Below, piece after piece: positions 21,223 to 32,001 of a DNA stretch of 32,315 nt. A program made the translations under genes and the position numbers. Source of the DNA: Octopus sinensis (taxonomy: Eukaryota); the NCBI RefSeq assembly GCF_006345805.1, contig NW_021829621.1:1-32315 (forward strand), given 5' to 3'. The notes beneath the pieces are model-generated. The model had not been told where the DNA came from. It made no database searches and worked only from the letters and a program-made list of their open reading frames with translations. Each line of letters begins with the position of its first letter. The first letter of the stretch is position 1.

Positions 21223-21259
<37 letters not shown>

Positions 21260-21305
21260 TAATATAATAATAATAATAATGATAATAATAATGATAATAA
21301 TAATG

Positions 21306-21394
<89 letters not shown>

Positions 21395-21606
21395 CCTTTC
21401 TACCGGAGGCACAAGGCCTCAGATTTACGCGGAGGAGACTAGTCGATTGCATTGACCCGAGTGTTTCACTGGTACTAAATTTTATCGCTCCCGAAAGGAT
21501 GAAAGGCAAAGTCGACCTCTACGGAATTTGAACTAAGAACGTAAAGACGGACAAAATGTTGCTAAGCATTTCGTCCGGCGTGCTAACGATTGTGCGAGCT
21601 CGCTGT
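21223..21606 (-). mobile_element. SINE family A subfamily with long (ATT)n tail
   Basis: Body 21395-21606 plus (AAT)n 21223-21394. Flanked by the direct repeat cttgtagttatagt at 21209-21222 and 21607-21620, a likely target-site duplication. Confidence 0.85.
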
Positions 21607-21615
21607 CTTGTAGTT

Positions 21616-21620
<5 letters not shown>

Positions 21621-21673
<53 letters not shown>

Positions 21674-21750
21674 TAATAATAATAATAATAATAATAATGA
21701 TGATGATGATGATAATAATAATAATAATAAATGATAATAATGATAATAAT
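21621..21750. repeat. (AAT)n/(GAT)n tract
   Basis: Directly visible. Confidence 0.95.
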
Positions 21751-22384
21751 GCAAAAGTTATTTAAACATTGGATGCATCACTCAGCTCCATTTATCAAAA
21801 ATATCGATAATAGTTTACAGGTAATTGACAGGTTTGACAATTTCTGAGTTCCATTAAGATAATGAAAGCGATTTGATATTTTTAGAAACCAATTTTTGCA
21901 AGACATAAACACGAGTAACGATTCAGTTTTTTAAAAAAAGCCCCCCACACACTCTCACACACAACAATTTAAAATACACAAACAGAGAAAAAAATACATA
22001 TAAAAATATGTAAAGAAGAATTATGGCTGCCTAATTTTTGCGTAGTGTGTTTCTGGTTTTGCCGTTGTTTTTGTTTTCTGTTTCAATTTATCTTTGGTTA
22101 AAATTACAAGCTAAATAAAAAATCGATTTTGTTTGCGAAAAATTTAGAGAGGGTGGAGGAAGAGGGAATGGTAAAAAGAGAGGGGTAGATTGGGAGAGAT
22201 TGAGAGGGAGAGAGGGTGAGAGAGAGAGAGAGAAAGAGAAAGAAACAGAAAGAAAGTAAAATATTGAGCATGAAGATGATAACAGCTAGAATTACTTCCA
22301 AAAAAAAGAAAAAAATACAAAAGTACAAAAAGTCACCGATTTGTCTTGGAAATTTTACGAAGCCAATGAGAATAGGAAGAATAC

Positions 22385-22561
22385 GATGAACAATAACAAC
22401 AACGACAACAATAGCAGTACAATTTATAACAACAACATTAACAAGAATAAGAAGAACAATAACAAAACCAGTGTATAATACTAATACTAATAATAGTAAT
22501 AGAAATAATAATAAAAATAATAAAAATGGAAATAGTTGTAATAGTATTTGTAGCAGTAGTC

Positions 22562-22594
<33 letters not shown>

Positions 22595-22607
22595 TAGTAG
22601 TAGTAGT

Positions 22608-22640
<33 letters not shown>

Positions 22641-22864
22641 CGTAAGGATAATAGTAATAATGATAATACTAATAATACTAATGATGCTAATGATGGTGGT
22701 GGTGTTGGTGATCATCATGATCGTTATAGTAGTACTGCTGATGGTACTTGTGTTGTTGATGATGATGCTGATGATGAGGAGGAGGACGACGACGACGATG
22801 ATACTGTTACTAGAGATCTCTGGGTGAGACTTCGAACAGCGTGTCTAAAAACAAAGCAACAACA

Positions 22865-22941
<77 letters not shown>

Positions 22942-23030
22942 TAATAATAATGACGATAATGATGATGATGGTGATGATGAAGATGATGATGATGATGATG
23001 ATAGGATCAGGATAATAATAGCCACAATAG
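22385..23030. repeat. Mosaic trinucleotide tract (AAC, AAT, AGT, AGC, GAT)
   Basis: Directly visible; source of the poly-I/S/T/V ORFs. Confidence 0.9.
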
Positions 23031-23974
23031 CAACAGAGAAATTATCGTGATTGTTATAAAGATGATGAAAAATAAGATAATGATACATTACAAACGATCA
23101 AAGTGTTAGATTGTTATAGAAGTGTATATTGGGTTGTGTGAATGAGCACGTATTGACGATGAGGAATAAATAAGTAGATAGAGAAATAAAAATAAAAATA
23201 TATAAAGTAATAATAGGAATCACACATAATCCAAAATAGAAAATGATTATGATTTCTAACATTGGAACAAGGACACAAACTTTAAGTTGAAACATGTTAC
23301 AGGTAATCATATTTTTTCTTTTATCCTTTCGACACTGACAAGATAAAAGACAGGCACAGCTGTCTTTGAACAAAGACAGTAACTAAATAATGAAAGATAT
23401 AAAGCATAAAGTTCTAATAGACAAAAAATTTAAATAAATGATTATGATTATAGCATAGGAATGATAACAGTATAAGATAAATGATAATGACTCAGGATAT
23501 ATGATAATAGAACAGGAAAAATATAATTATATAGAATAAATAAGTTTATTAATAGTAGGAATGATAGTATTAGTATAGAAAAACGATATTAGTATGGGAA
23601 ATAATAATGGCGTAGAAAAATGTTAATAACTTAAGTATATGAGAATTGTACCGAAAATGAAGATAGTAAACAAATATGATAATAGTAATAAATGTAACAA
23701 GATTCGAAACTGAACTGACGAATTGCTAAGTTAAAATGACAGTTTAGTAATATCGTTTTGCATGTGATTCACCGAGTTATGAACCAATCAGGATTTAGAC
23801 TTCACGTGGCGTATTTTTCTAGAAGCCTGTAGAACGTCCCTATACAAAGCTTGTAGATAGGCATGCCATTAGCACCGTCCATTGGACGGGGGGCCTTTTA
23901 TTCGTCAGTTATAAAGGACAAACAAGCTTACGGTATGTCTATGAAACTAACACTAAGCTGAATACACATATTCT

Positions 23975-24024
23975 GGAGATTAATGGAGATTAATGGAGAT
24001 TAATTGAGATTAATGGAGATTAAT
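23975..24024. repeat. 10-bp minisatellite (GGAGATTAAT) x5
   Basis: Five adjacent units, one with a G>T change. Confidence 0.95.
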
Positions 24025-24260
24025 GTAGTCGACCGATGAGTTATAAAGAGCATTTCGCTATAGTAGACCAAGTTTAAGTATGTGTACACATTTGTATCCA
24101 TGACAACCAATATTATTGTTGGCGAGACCAGCTTATGTAAGAATATACAAATTTATGTAGGGCAAAAGCCTGCACGCCGGGGTTGCTGCTGCAATCCGTC
24201 TTCCAATGCAGGATTTGATGTCTCATCAAGCGGTGAAGGTATTTCGGCCCCTTCTACAAC

Positions 24261-24486
24261 AATACCTATTTCTTTACTACCCACAAGGGGCTAAACACAG
24301 AGAGGACAAACAAGGACAGACAAACGGATTAAGTCGATTATATCGACCCCAGTGCGTAACTGGTACTTATTTAATCGACCCCGAAAGGAGGAAAGGCAAA
24401 GTCGACATTGGCGGAATTTGAACTCAGAACGTAGCGGCAAACGAAATACCGCTAAGCATTTCGCCCGGCGTGCTAACGTTTCTGCC
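24261..24486 (-). mobile_element. SINE family A, young monomer
   Basis: Nearly identical to the array units at 13066-13695; head shortened by about 10 nt. Confidence 0.93.
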
Positions 24487-24712
24487 CAGAGCTGACAGGG
24501 GCCAATCACCGATGTAGATGACAAAGCCAAAACACAAAAGCATAATCCCACCCATGGGTTTCAACAGACATACATTTAGTCGACCGATTATTTATAAAGA
24601 ACAAGCAAGAATAACCACGTGAGAGATACATAATGATATCACACACATATACATACACACACACAGAGTCATACACACACGCACTGACACATAGGTACAC
24701 ATATATACACAT

Positions 24713-25093
24713 GTTGGCACTCCGTCGGTTACGACGACGAGGGTTCCAGTTGATCCGAATCAACGGAACAGCCTGCTCATGAAATTAACCTGCAAGTGGC
24801 TGAGCACTCCACAGACACGTGAACCTTTAACGTAGTTCTCGGGGAGATTCAGCGTGACACAGAGTGTGACAAGGCCGGCCCTTTTGAAATACAGGTACAA
24901 CAGAAACGGGAAGAAAGAGTGAGAAAAGGTTGTGGTGAAAGAGTACAGCAGGGTTCACCACCATCCCTGCCGGAGCCTTGTGGAGCTTCAGATGTTTTCG
25001 GTCAGTAAACACACACAACGCCCGGTCTGGGAATCGAAACCGCTATCCTAAGTCTGCGAGTCCGCTACCCTAACCACTGGGCCATTGCGCCTC
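24713..25093 (-). mobile_element. SINE family C, full length, 15-bp target-site duplication
   Basis: Collinear with 14232-14610; cacatatatacacat at 24698-24712 and 25094-25108. Confidence 0.93.
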
Positions 25094-25407
25094 CACATAT
25101 ATACACATATACATACGACCGCTCCGCTTCAAGAACGCACACATATGCATAGTCGTTATAACCCCGTGAGTGATATAATACGTATTCACAATCTCGTTAT
25201 TAAGTTTAAAAGTCACCTTTCAGTCTCAATGCGAAATTGGAACCTATGGCCAGCAGCACGAAATGGAAACTGTACCGATTAGTCATGACTTTCAACGGGG
25301 AACGGGGACTGCTTGCTGCTGTCTTTCAAGACGCCAGCGTAAAGGAAGCTCGGAGCTACAAATTTAAGAGACACTAGTAACTAAATGATTCTGACAACTG
25401 CGACTCA

Positions 25408-25411
25408 TATG

Positions 25412-25476
<65 letters not shown>

Positions 25477-25477
25477 C

Positions 25478-25535
<58 letters not shown>

Positions 25536-25584
25536 ATAAATATAAGTATATATGCATATATATGTATATGTATATATGTATATA

Positions 25585-25616
<32 letters not shown>

Positions 25617-25632
25617 CATGTGTGTGTGTGTA
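25408..25632. repeat. (TA)n/(TATATG)n block
   Basis: Directly visible. Confidence 0.95.
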
Positions 25633-26429
25633 TAGTCCGTCTGTCGAACTAAATACACACACAGTCTGTCGAATGTGATCTTAGTAATTCAATGAACCAC
25701 ACAACTAAAGTTCTCTGAATGTGTATAGAAAAAAAAAGACGAAGATAATCAATAAAAATGCCAGGATTATATGTGAAATTTTCTAAAGATACATATTTCT
25801 GACTATAACTAATGATCATTTATCAATTCTGTAATATAATCATTTCGAACGTAGAAGGGAAAAGAAGAAGAAGAAGAAGACGAAGAAGAAGAAGAAGAAG
25901 AAGATGGCGGTTCAGTTGCAATGAATAGTAGGCTGTAGAATAAATTGATCATTGGAATTTGTAGGCGTAATTGCTTTTGGAAGTAACCACAATTTGGCAT
26001 AGAGTAAAGCAACTAGCGTTCGTCATTGACCTTAGTTTGGCCTCCATCTGGCCATAGTTAAAAGTTCCTAGAGTTAAATATTTACTCTTACTGCTAAATG
26101 GAGACTTAATGACTTTGGCTTGCTGGCACGTATTTGACAAGGGCCATCGGCAGAATAGATTCGACGAGCAAAGGTTATTCAACAACAGTTAGATAACGTA
26201 AGTGTAATGATATCACACACACACACAATCACGCATACATACACATATGTATATATATACACATATACATACGATCGCTCGGCTTCACAAACGCACACTC
26301 ATGTATGCATAGTTGGATAAACATCGATCACTCGTAAGCATATACGGTTTTCGTTCCAATGATTATATGTAAATAATCGTGTGTATATGTACACATACCG
26401 ACGCACATATATATGCACGTATGAACGTA

Positions 26430-26640
26430 TGTTATGTATGTATGTATGTATATATACATGTACGTATGTATGCATGTATATATATATGTGTATGTATGTA
26501 TGTATGAATGTATGTATGTATGTATGTATGTATGTATGTATGTATGTATGTATGTATGAATGTATGTATGTATGTATGTATGTATGTACGTACGTATGTA
26601 TATATGTATGTATGTACGTATGTATGTATGTATATGTGTA
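26430..26640. repeat. (TATG)n tetranucleotide tract
   Basis: Directly visible; gives the MYVC/HTYI ORFs. Confidence 0.95.
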
Positions 26641-27426
26641 TACGGATAATATATATCTATATATATAGACATATATGTATGTATGCTTGTATTTATAGAA
26701 TTCCCTACGTATATGCATGCTATAATTAATAGAACTTGTACATTTATATATACATACAAATATACACATACACTCTTTCTCTTTCTCTCTTCCCCCCTCT
26801 CTCTCTCCCTATCACACAGACACGTGAACACATATGCACAAACATATAAGAAAATGTGCGTGTGTGTGTGTGCAACTGTACGTGTATATGTGTCTTTCCA
26901 TAGAAACATAACTGTATGTACACAACAACATATCCAACATATTCCTACATAGAAATACATAAAAGAAGCTCGACGTTTTAATTACTCTTAAGAAATTGCT
27001 AATTTTGTCCAGTTTAAGTAGGACCAGTTGCCTTAATCAGAGTTTGTTCTAGCATTTTACACCGCTTAAGCAATATTCATGGTCTGAAATCAAATTACTA
27101 TGTGGACTCTGCAACTAAAACGTAAGAAGCTTCGAACATATACTAGAAATTTGAAAGTATTCTAATCTTATGGTTAGCCATTTATTACCGATTTTAAAAT
27201 TATGTCCTACTCAGTTTATATATATTTCAGCCTTGTGAAGAGTCCTTTAGAGAACCTACCGCCTTAACAAGAACGCCATATTTATGTTCCGTTCTATGTA
27301 TTAGGTGGCTTCGTCATTCTAAATCAATATATTTTAAATCAGGCAGGATATGTATGTATGTATACACATTCGCACGTATGCATACTTATGTATGTATACA
27401 CACACACACATATATATATATATAAT

Positions 27427-27486
<60 letters not shown>

Positions 27487-27720
27487 CATAGACGCAGTTA
27501 CAGATATCAATACACCGATATGCATTCATTTATGCACACAAGCATACACTCATAAATGTATGTATGTATTTATATTCCTCTGTATGTATTATACGTGTAT
27601 CTATACGCATATATGCATTCATACATATATACATACATGCATGCATACATGCGTAATACATACATGCATATACACATTCATACCTATATACATATCTGCA
27701 CATGTGTGCGTGTATGCGTG

Positions 27721-27764
<44 letters not shown>

Positions 27765-27819
27765 TGTGTGTGTGTGTGTGTGTATACCGAACGTTGCACC
27801 ATGCGTAGAAACAACCAAC

Positions 27820-28846
27820 TAAATCTCATCGAAGCACATCAAAGAACATAAAATCTAGAGACGCTGGCAAATACAGTAATGTTCTCTCACCAACTGATCT
27901 CAAATTAAGACCTATAATACTTGGTTCACCATGTAAAGCCCACCGCCCAAGTATTTTTTTCTAATATATCCTGCTGAAGCCGTTAGAAGCTTCAGAAAAG
28001 TTGGCCTAAACACCTTCAGCCATCTCCCCAAAACAGACGGACGAAATACTTTAATAGTATATTTCTATGTTGCGAATCTCTATGCAGACATCCCTCAAGT
28101 CTTAGGAATTGAAGCCATTAAATTCTGGTTGGATAATTATATAATCGAAGTCGCTGATCGCATAGAAATTTCGAACAGATGGACTAAAATGTATTACAGA
28201 AAATAATAAATTCATGTACAATGACCACTTTCTACAGCATAAATCTGGGGCTGCGATGGGGGAAAAAACAGCTCTTCCTTTCTGAATCTACTTATAACCC
28301 CCAAAACAATAAGGCCTTCAAAATCAGGTCTCATAGCATACGGTTATTGAAAAAAAGCCCAAGATGAAACAAATCCCGCTAGCACACACGCGGCATCATA
28401 AAAAATAAAAGACAACGCAAAGAAATGAAAAAAGTCCAAACAAATGCCAAACTCCACACAACAATAAGAAACCAAAGCAAAAATGAGAAAAGCCCTACTA
28501 TAGTATATGTTTTAATCTGACAGAAGAATTAGGGATCTGACAGTAGAATTAGCAGAACTCTTTACAATAAAAAGCGACTTTGCCTGTGCATCTTAAAATT
28601 CAATTAGTGCCATAACAAGCTGAGGATGTTGGGAGAATTACATTGGACAAACAAACATCCGTTTACGCCAACGCACGACCTTGCATAGATCGCAAATTAA
28701 AATATTTGAATGCAAATAAATAGGATTCAATGAACATAGGCACACCTGAGCAGGTAAGAAACAATCAGACTTTACGATGTTAATACAACGCCGACGCATT
28801 AACAAAAGAAACATGCTTCATCACAAAATACCAACCACACCTAAAG
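27820..28846 (+). pseudogene. Penelope-like element remnant: reverse transcriptase plus GIY-YIG endonuclease, internally deleted
   Basis: Pieced frames PTDLKLRPII.GSPC...LLKPL / HLPKTD..TLIVYFYVANLYADIP..LGIEAIKFWLD / ENNKFMYNDHFLQHKSGAAMG / TYNP / FTIKSDFACAS*NSISAITS*GCWENYIGQTNIRLRQRTTLHRSQI / KETCFITKYQPHL. The catalytic DD segment is absent; RT precedes the endonuclease. Confidence 0.85.
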
Positions 28847-28996
28847 TCTTGTAGCGCAAAAAGGAAGAAAACAACCACGAGCAGCAATACTGACAATTAT
28901 TACTACAAGATTATATATGGACGACTGCTCTAAGCCGTCACGATAACTTCTAGCTTCTTGATAGAAGACTGCTATATTCTACTGGGGACCTTTGTA

Positions 28997-28997
28997 G

Positions 28998-29053
<56 letters not shown>

Positions 29054-29092
29054 GCTGCTACTGCTGCTGCTGCTTGCTCTACTATTACTACA

Positions 29093-29133
<41 letters not shown>

Positions 29134-29137
29134 AACA

Positions 29138-29174
<37 letters not shown>

Positions 29175-29175
29175 A
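28997..29175. repeat. (CTA)n tract with (CTG)n interruption
   Basis: Directly visible. Confidence 0.95.
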
Positions 29176-29202
29176 TACGATGACGACGACTGGCGGCGTT
29201 AC

Positions 29203-29396
29203 TCAAGAAACAGGAAGAGAGGCTGAGAGAAAGTTGGAGCGAAAGAGTACAACAAGGGTCACTCCCCCCCTGCCGGAGCCTCGTGGAGCTTTAGTTGTTT
29301 TCGCTCAATAAACACACACAACGACCGGTCTGGGAATCGAAACCGCGATCCTCTGACCGCGAGTTCACCGCCCTAACCACTGGGCCATTGCGCCTC
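29203..29396 (-). mobile_element. SINE family C 5-prime half
   Basis: ggtctgggaatcgaaaccgcgatcctctgaccgcgag...ccctaaccactgggccattgcgcctc. Confidence 0.88.
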
Positions 29397-29460
29397 ACAC
29401 ACACACACAAACACACACACATATATATATATATACACACATCACACACATATATATATA

Positions 29461-29632
29461 GATCGTTAGCCACTACACACGATTTTCTCTCCTTGTTTTT
29501 TCTGTGTCCCTTTCTGTAGAAGAGCGTAGGCTCGAAACGTAAAAGACTTTTTCTATTCTCGAGCGTTATACTAATACATCTGTTTGTTTTGTACACCACC
29601 TGTCTTCGTCTTTTGTTGTTTTCGTAAACTCT

Positions 29633-29636
<4 letters not shown>
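29461..29636 (+). mobile_element. ~176-bp unit in (TA)n carrying a hammerhead-like motif; candidate Penelope-type terminal repeat or non-autonomous derivative
   Basis: Unique sequence with sharp boundaries into (TA)n on both sides. Contains ctttCTGTAGAAGAGCGTAGGCTCGAAACGTAAAAG. Same strand as the upstream Penelope-like ORF remnant. Confidence 0.55.
29510..29547 (+). ncRNA. Minimal type-I hammerhead ribozyme-like motif with variant core
   Basis: CTTT-CTGTAGA-A-GAGC-gtag-GCTC-GAAA-C-G-TA/AAAG. Stem I CTTT:AAAG, stem II GAGC:GCTC, palindromic ACGT stem III, GUA triplet. Core reads CUGUAGA instead of CUGANGA, with an extra A after position 9. Confidence 0.55.
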
Positions 29637-29702
<66 letters not shown>

Positions 29703-29726
29703 ATATATATACATATATAATTATAA

Positions 29727-29765
<39 letters not shown>

Positions 29766-29792
29766 TCATATTATATATATATACATATATAT

Positions 29793-29825
<33 letters not shown>

Positions 29826-29849
29826 ACGCGCGCACACACACACACATGC

Positions 29850-30112
29850 TGGCACTCTGTCGGTTATAATGGCGAATGTTCCAGTTGATCCAACGGGCGC
29901 ATGAAATCAATAAGAACTCCACTGACACGCGTACCTTAACATAGTTCTGCGACAGATTCAGCGTGAGACAGAATGTGACAAGGTTGGCCGTTTGAATTAC
30001 TGCTACAACTCAGCTTTGCCAGCTGTGTGACTGGAACAACGTGAAATAAACTGTCTTGTTAAAGACACAGTCCAGCGCTGGGTATCGAACTTACCACCTT
30101 ACGAATGCGAGC
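29850..30112 (-). mobile_element. SINE family D: family C 3-prime half joined to a different tRNA-like head
   Basis: ggcactctgtcggtt...gattcagcgtgagacagaatgtgacaagg matches the family C tail. The head on the minus strand (gtgtggttcagcactaacgg...aagttcgatacccagcgctggactgtgtctttaacaagacag) differs from family C. Confidence 0.7.
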
Positions 30113-30844
30113 CACATACCGTTAGTGCTGAACCACACTTCTCAAACAAATCCTCATACTTGCTTGGTTACATAAAGAACGAGAAACTACGTCAGAACTG
30201 CAAATGAAATAGAAATAATTAAAAGTCGAATGCAGGTCCTGGTAGAGCGAGTGAATCTATTTTCTGTTAGTACAATTAGAAGTCAGTATCTGTTCCGTTC
30301 TTATGAGATCTCTTTAGTGAATTACACGGTTCAGTACATTGAGTATGAAAGTTAAGAAACCACTTAGTTATTTGCATTTTATGCAGCGGACATCCCTGAG
30401 CATTCTCATACCCTAACCCCTTCCAGCACCATCGTCACACACACACATACGTCAGCAATTCTTTTAGATTAGTTTAGCTTACTGACTGGAAAACTTTAAC
30501 CAATATTAATTTCCATCCACAGAACTATTCCCACGGCGGTGATCCAGTTTGATTTCAGCCATTACTTAATTGTCAGTAATAGCTACGTTTCTCCTCTTAA
30601 TTGATTTCCTCTGCTTCCCAGACACACTAACAGACAAAAAAAAAGAAAGAAGTTTTTCGATCAGATTCTGCTACAGCAGTAGAGTTGTTTAACCCCAAGT
30701 CTGCCTTACAGGAGCAAATCTGTAATGAAGCACGCTATAATTACGTGTGAAAACTTTGTGTGTGTTATTTTTTTCAGATGACTAAGGACAATATTAAATA
30801 AAATTTGTACCTTTTTAATGTCCACTCATCTGACAAAAATGAGT

Positions 30845-31022
30845 AGTACCTGTATTTCAAAGGGCCAGCCCTGCCACACTCTGTGTCACGCTGAATCTCC
30901 CTGAGGTACAGGTTAAGAGTAAAAGGGACTGCGGAGTGCACAGCGACCTGCATGTTAATTTTACGAGCTGGCCGTTCCATGGACCGAATCAACTAAAACG
31001 GTCGTCGTCTCGTCGTCGTAAC
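30845..31022 (+). mobile_element. SINE family C/D 3-prime half, degenerate
   Basis: gtacctgtatttcaaagggccagccctgccacactctgtgtcacgctgaatctcc...cgtcgtcgtaac. Confidence 0.8.
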
Positions 31023-31374
31023 AGATTGAACAACAGAGCTTAGTTGACTGCTCTGTCTAGCACATTGATTGACCACATTAAAATCCAAGACAAAATAGAT
31101 TATCTTTTATAAATACAAGACATCATATTGAAGAAGGGAGAATTAAACATAAGCTCATTAAAATTTTACACAGACACAGACACACACACACGCTCATACA
31201 CACAAACACACAGAGAGACACACACACATACATGAATGCTATTGTATTTCGTCACTAGAGAGCACCTTTTCCTTTCAGACGATTGTGTGCTCATGACACT
31301 CTCGATTGATTAGCGTAAGGGGGGCTTTGGGACAACCGGTGTTTCGGCATAGTTTTATCCCCTCAGCCAAAGCT

Positions 31375-31460
31375 ACCACGGCTGTCTGCGCTCCGAGTTC
31401 ACATTCCACCAGAGCTGATGTTATTCCTCTATCATTTCGGAGATAAATGAATTGAATATA
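31375..31460 (+). mobile_element. Highly degenerate SINE family A fragment
   Basis: ctccgagttcacattccaccagagctgatgtt...tcatttcggagataaa resembles the B-box and downstream segment of family A. Confidence 0.45.
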
Positions 31461-31952
31461 TATCAAATATTGAAGTCGATTCCTCTTTCCCCCTTCTCTT
31501 TCTCTCACAAATTCTCTCTCTCTTTTCCTTTCCCCCTTTCTCTCCTCCATCTACTCTCTCTTTCTCGCTCTCTTTAGGTATTGGCTACACGAAGGGTTTA
31601 ATAAAAAAACCATTTCACCATCACACTATGAACACAATAACAATATACGAAAAGAAATATCTAAATGTATAAATAAATAATTAAGCGAATCAACCATTGC
31701 TTCGCCATTCCGTCTAGTTTGATAGTGTGTGTGTGTGTGTGTGTGGTGTGTGTACGCGTGCGCATATGTGTGTGTATGTGTCTGTGTGCTATTTTTTTTT
31801 CTTTTACGGGGAAAATGCGGTTAATTGAAGGAATGTATTAGTCAAAGAGCATTTATTTCCGCAAACACTTAACGGTACGCTGTCTACTTAACAAATACAT
31901 ACATACACACATATACACACTCACATACATATTATAACATACACCACACATA

Positions 31953-32001
<49 letters not shown>

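Noticed and set aside
31278-31320. Plus-strand AG...GTAAG exon-like segment
   Set aside because: All three frames contain stops, and it is adjacent to a decayed SINE.
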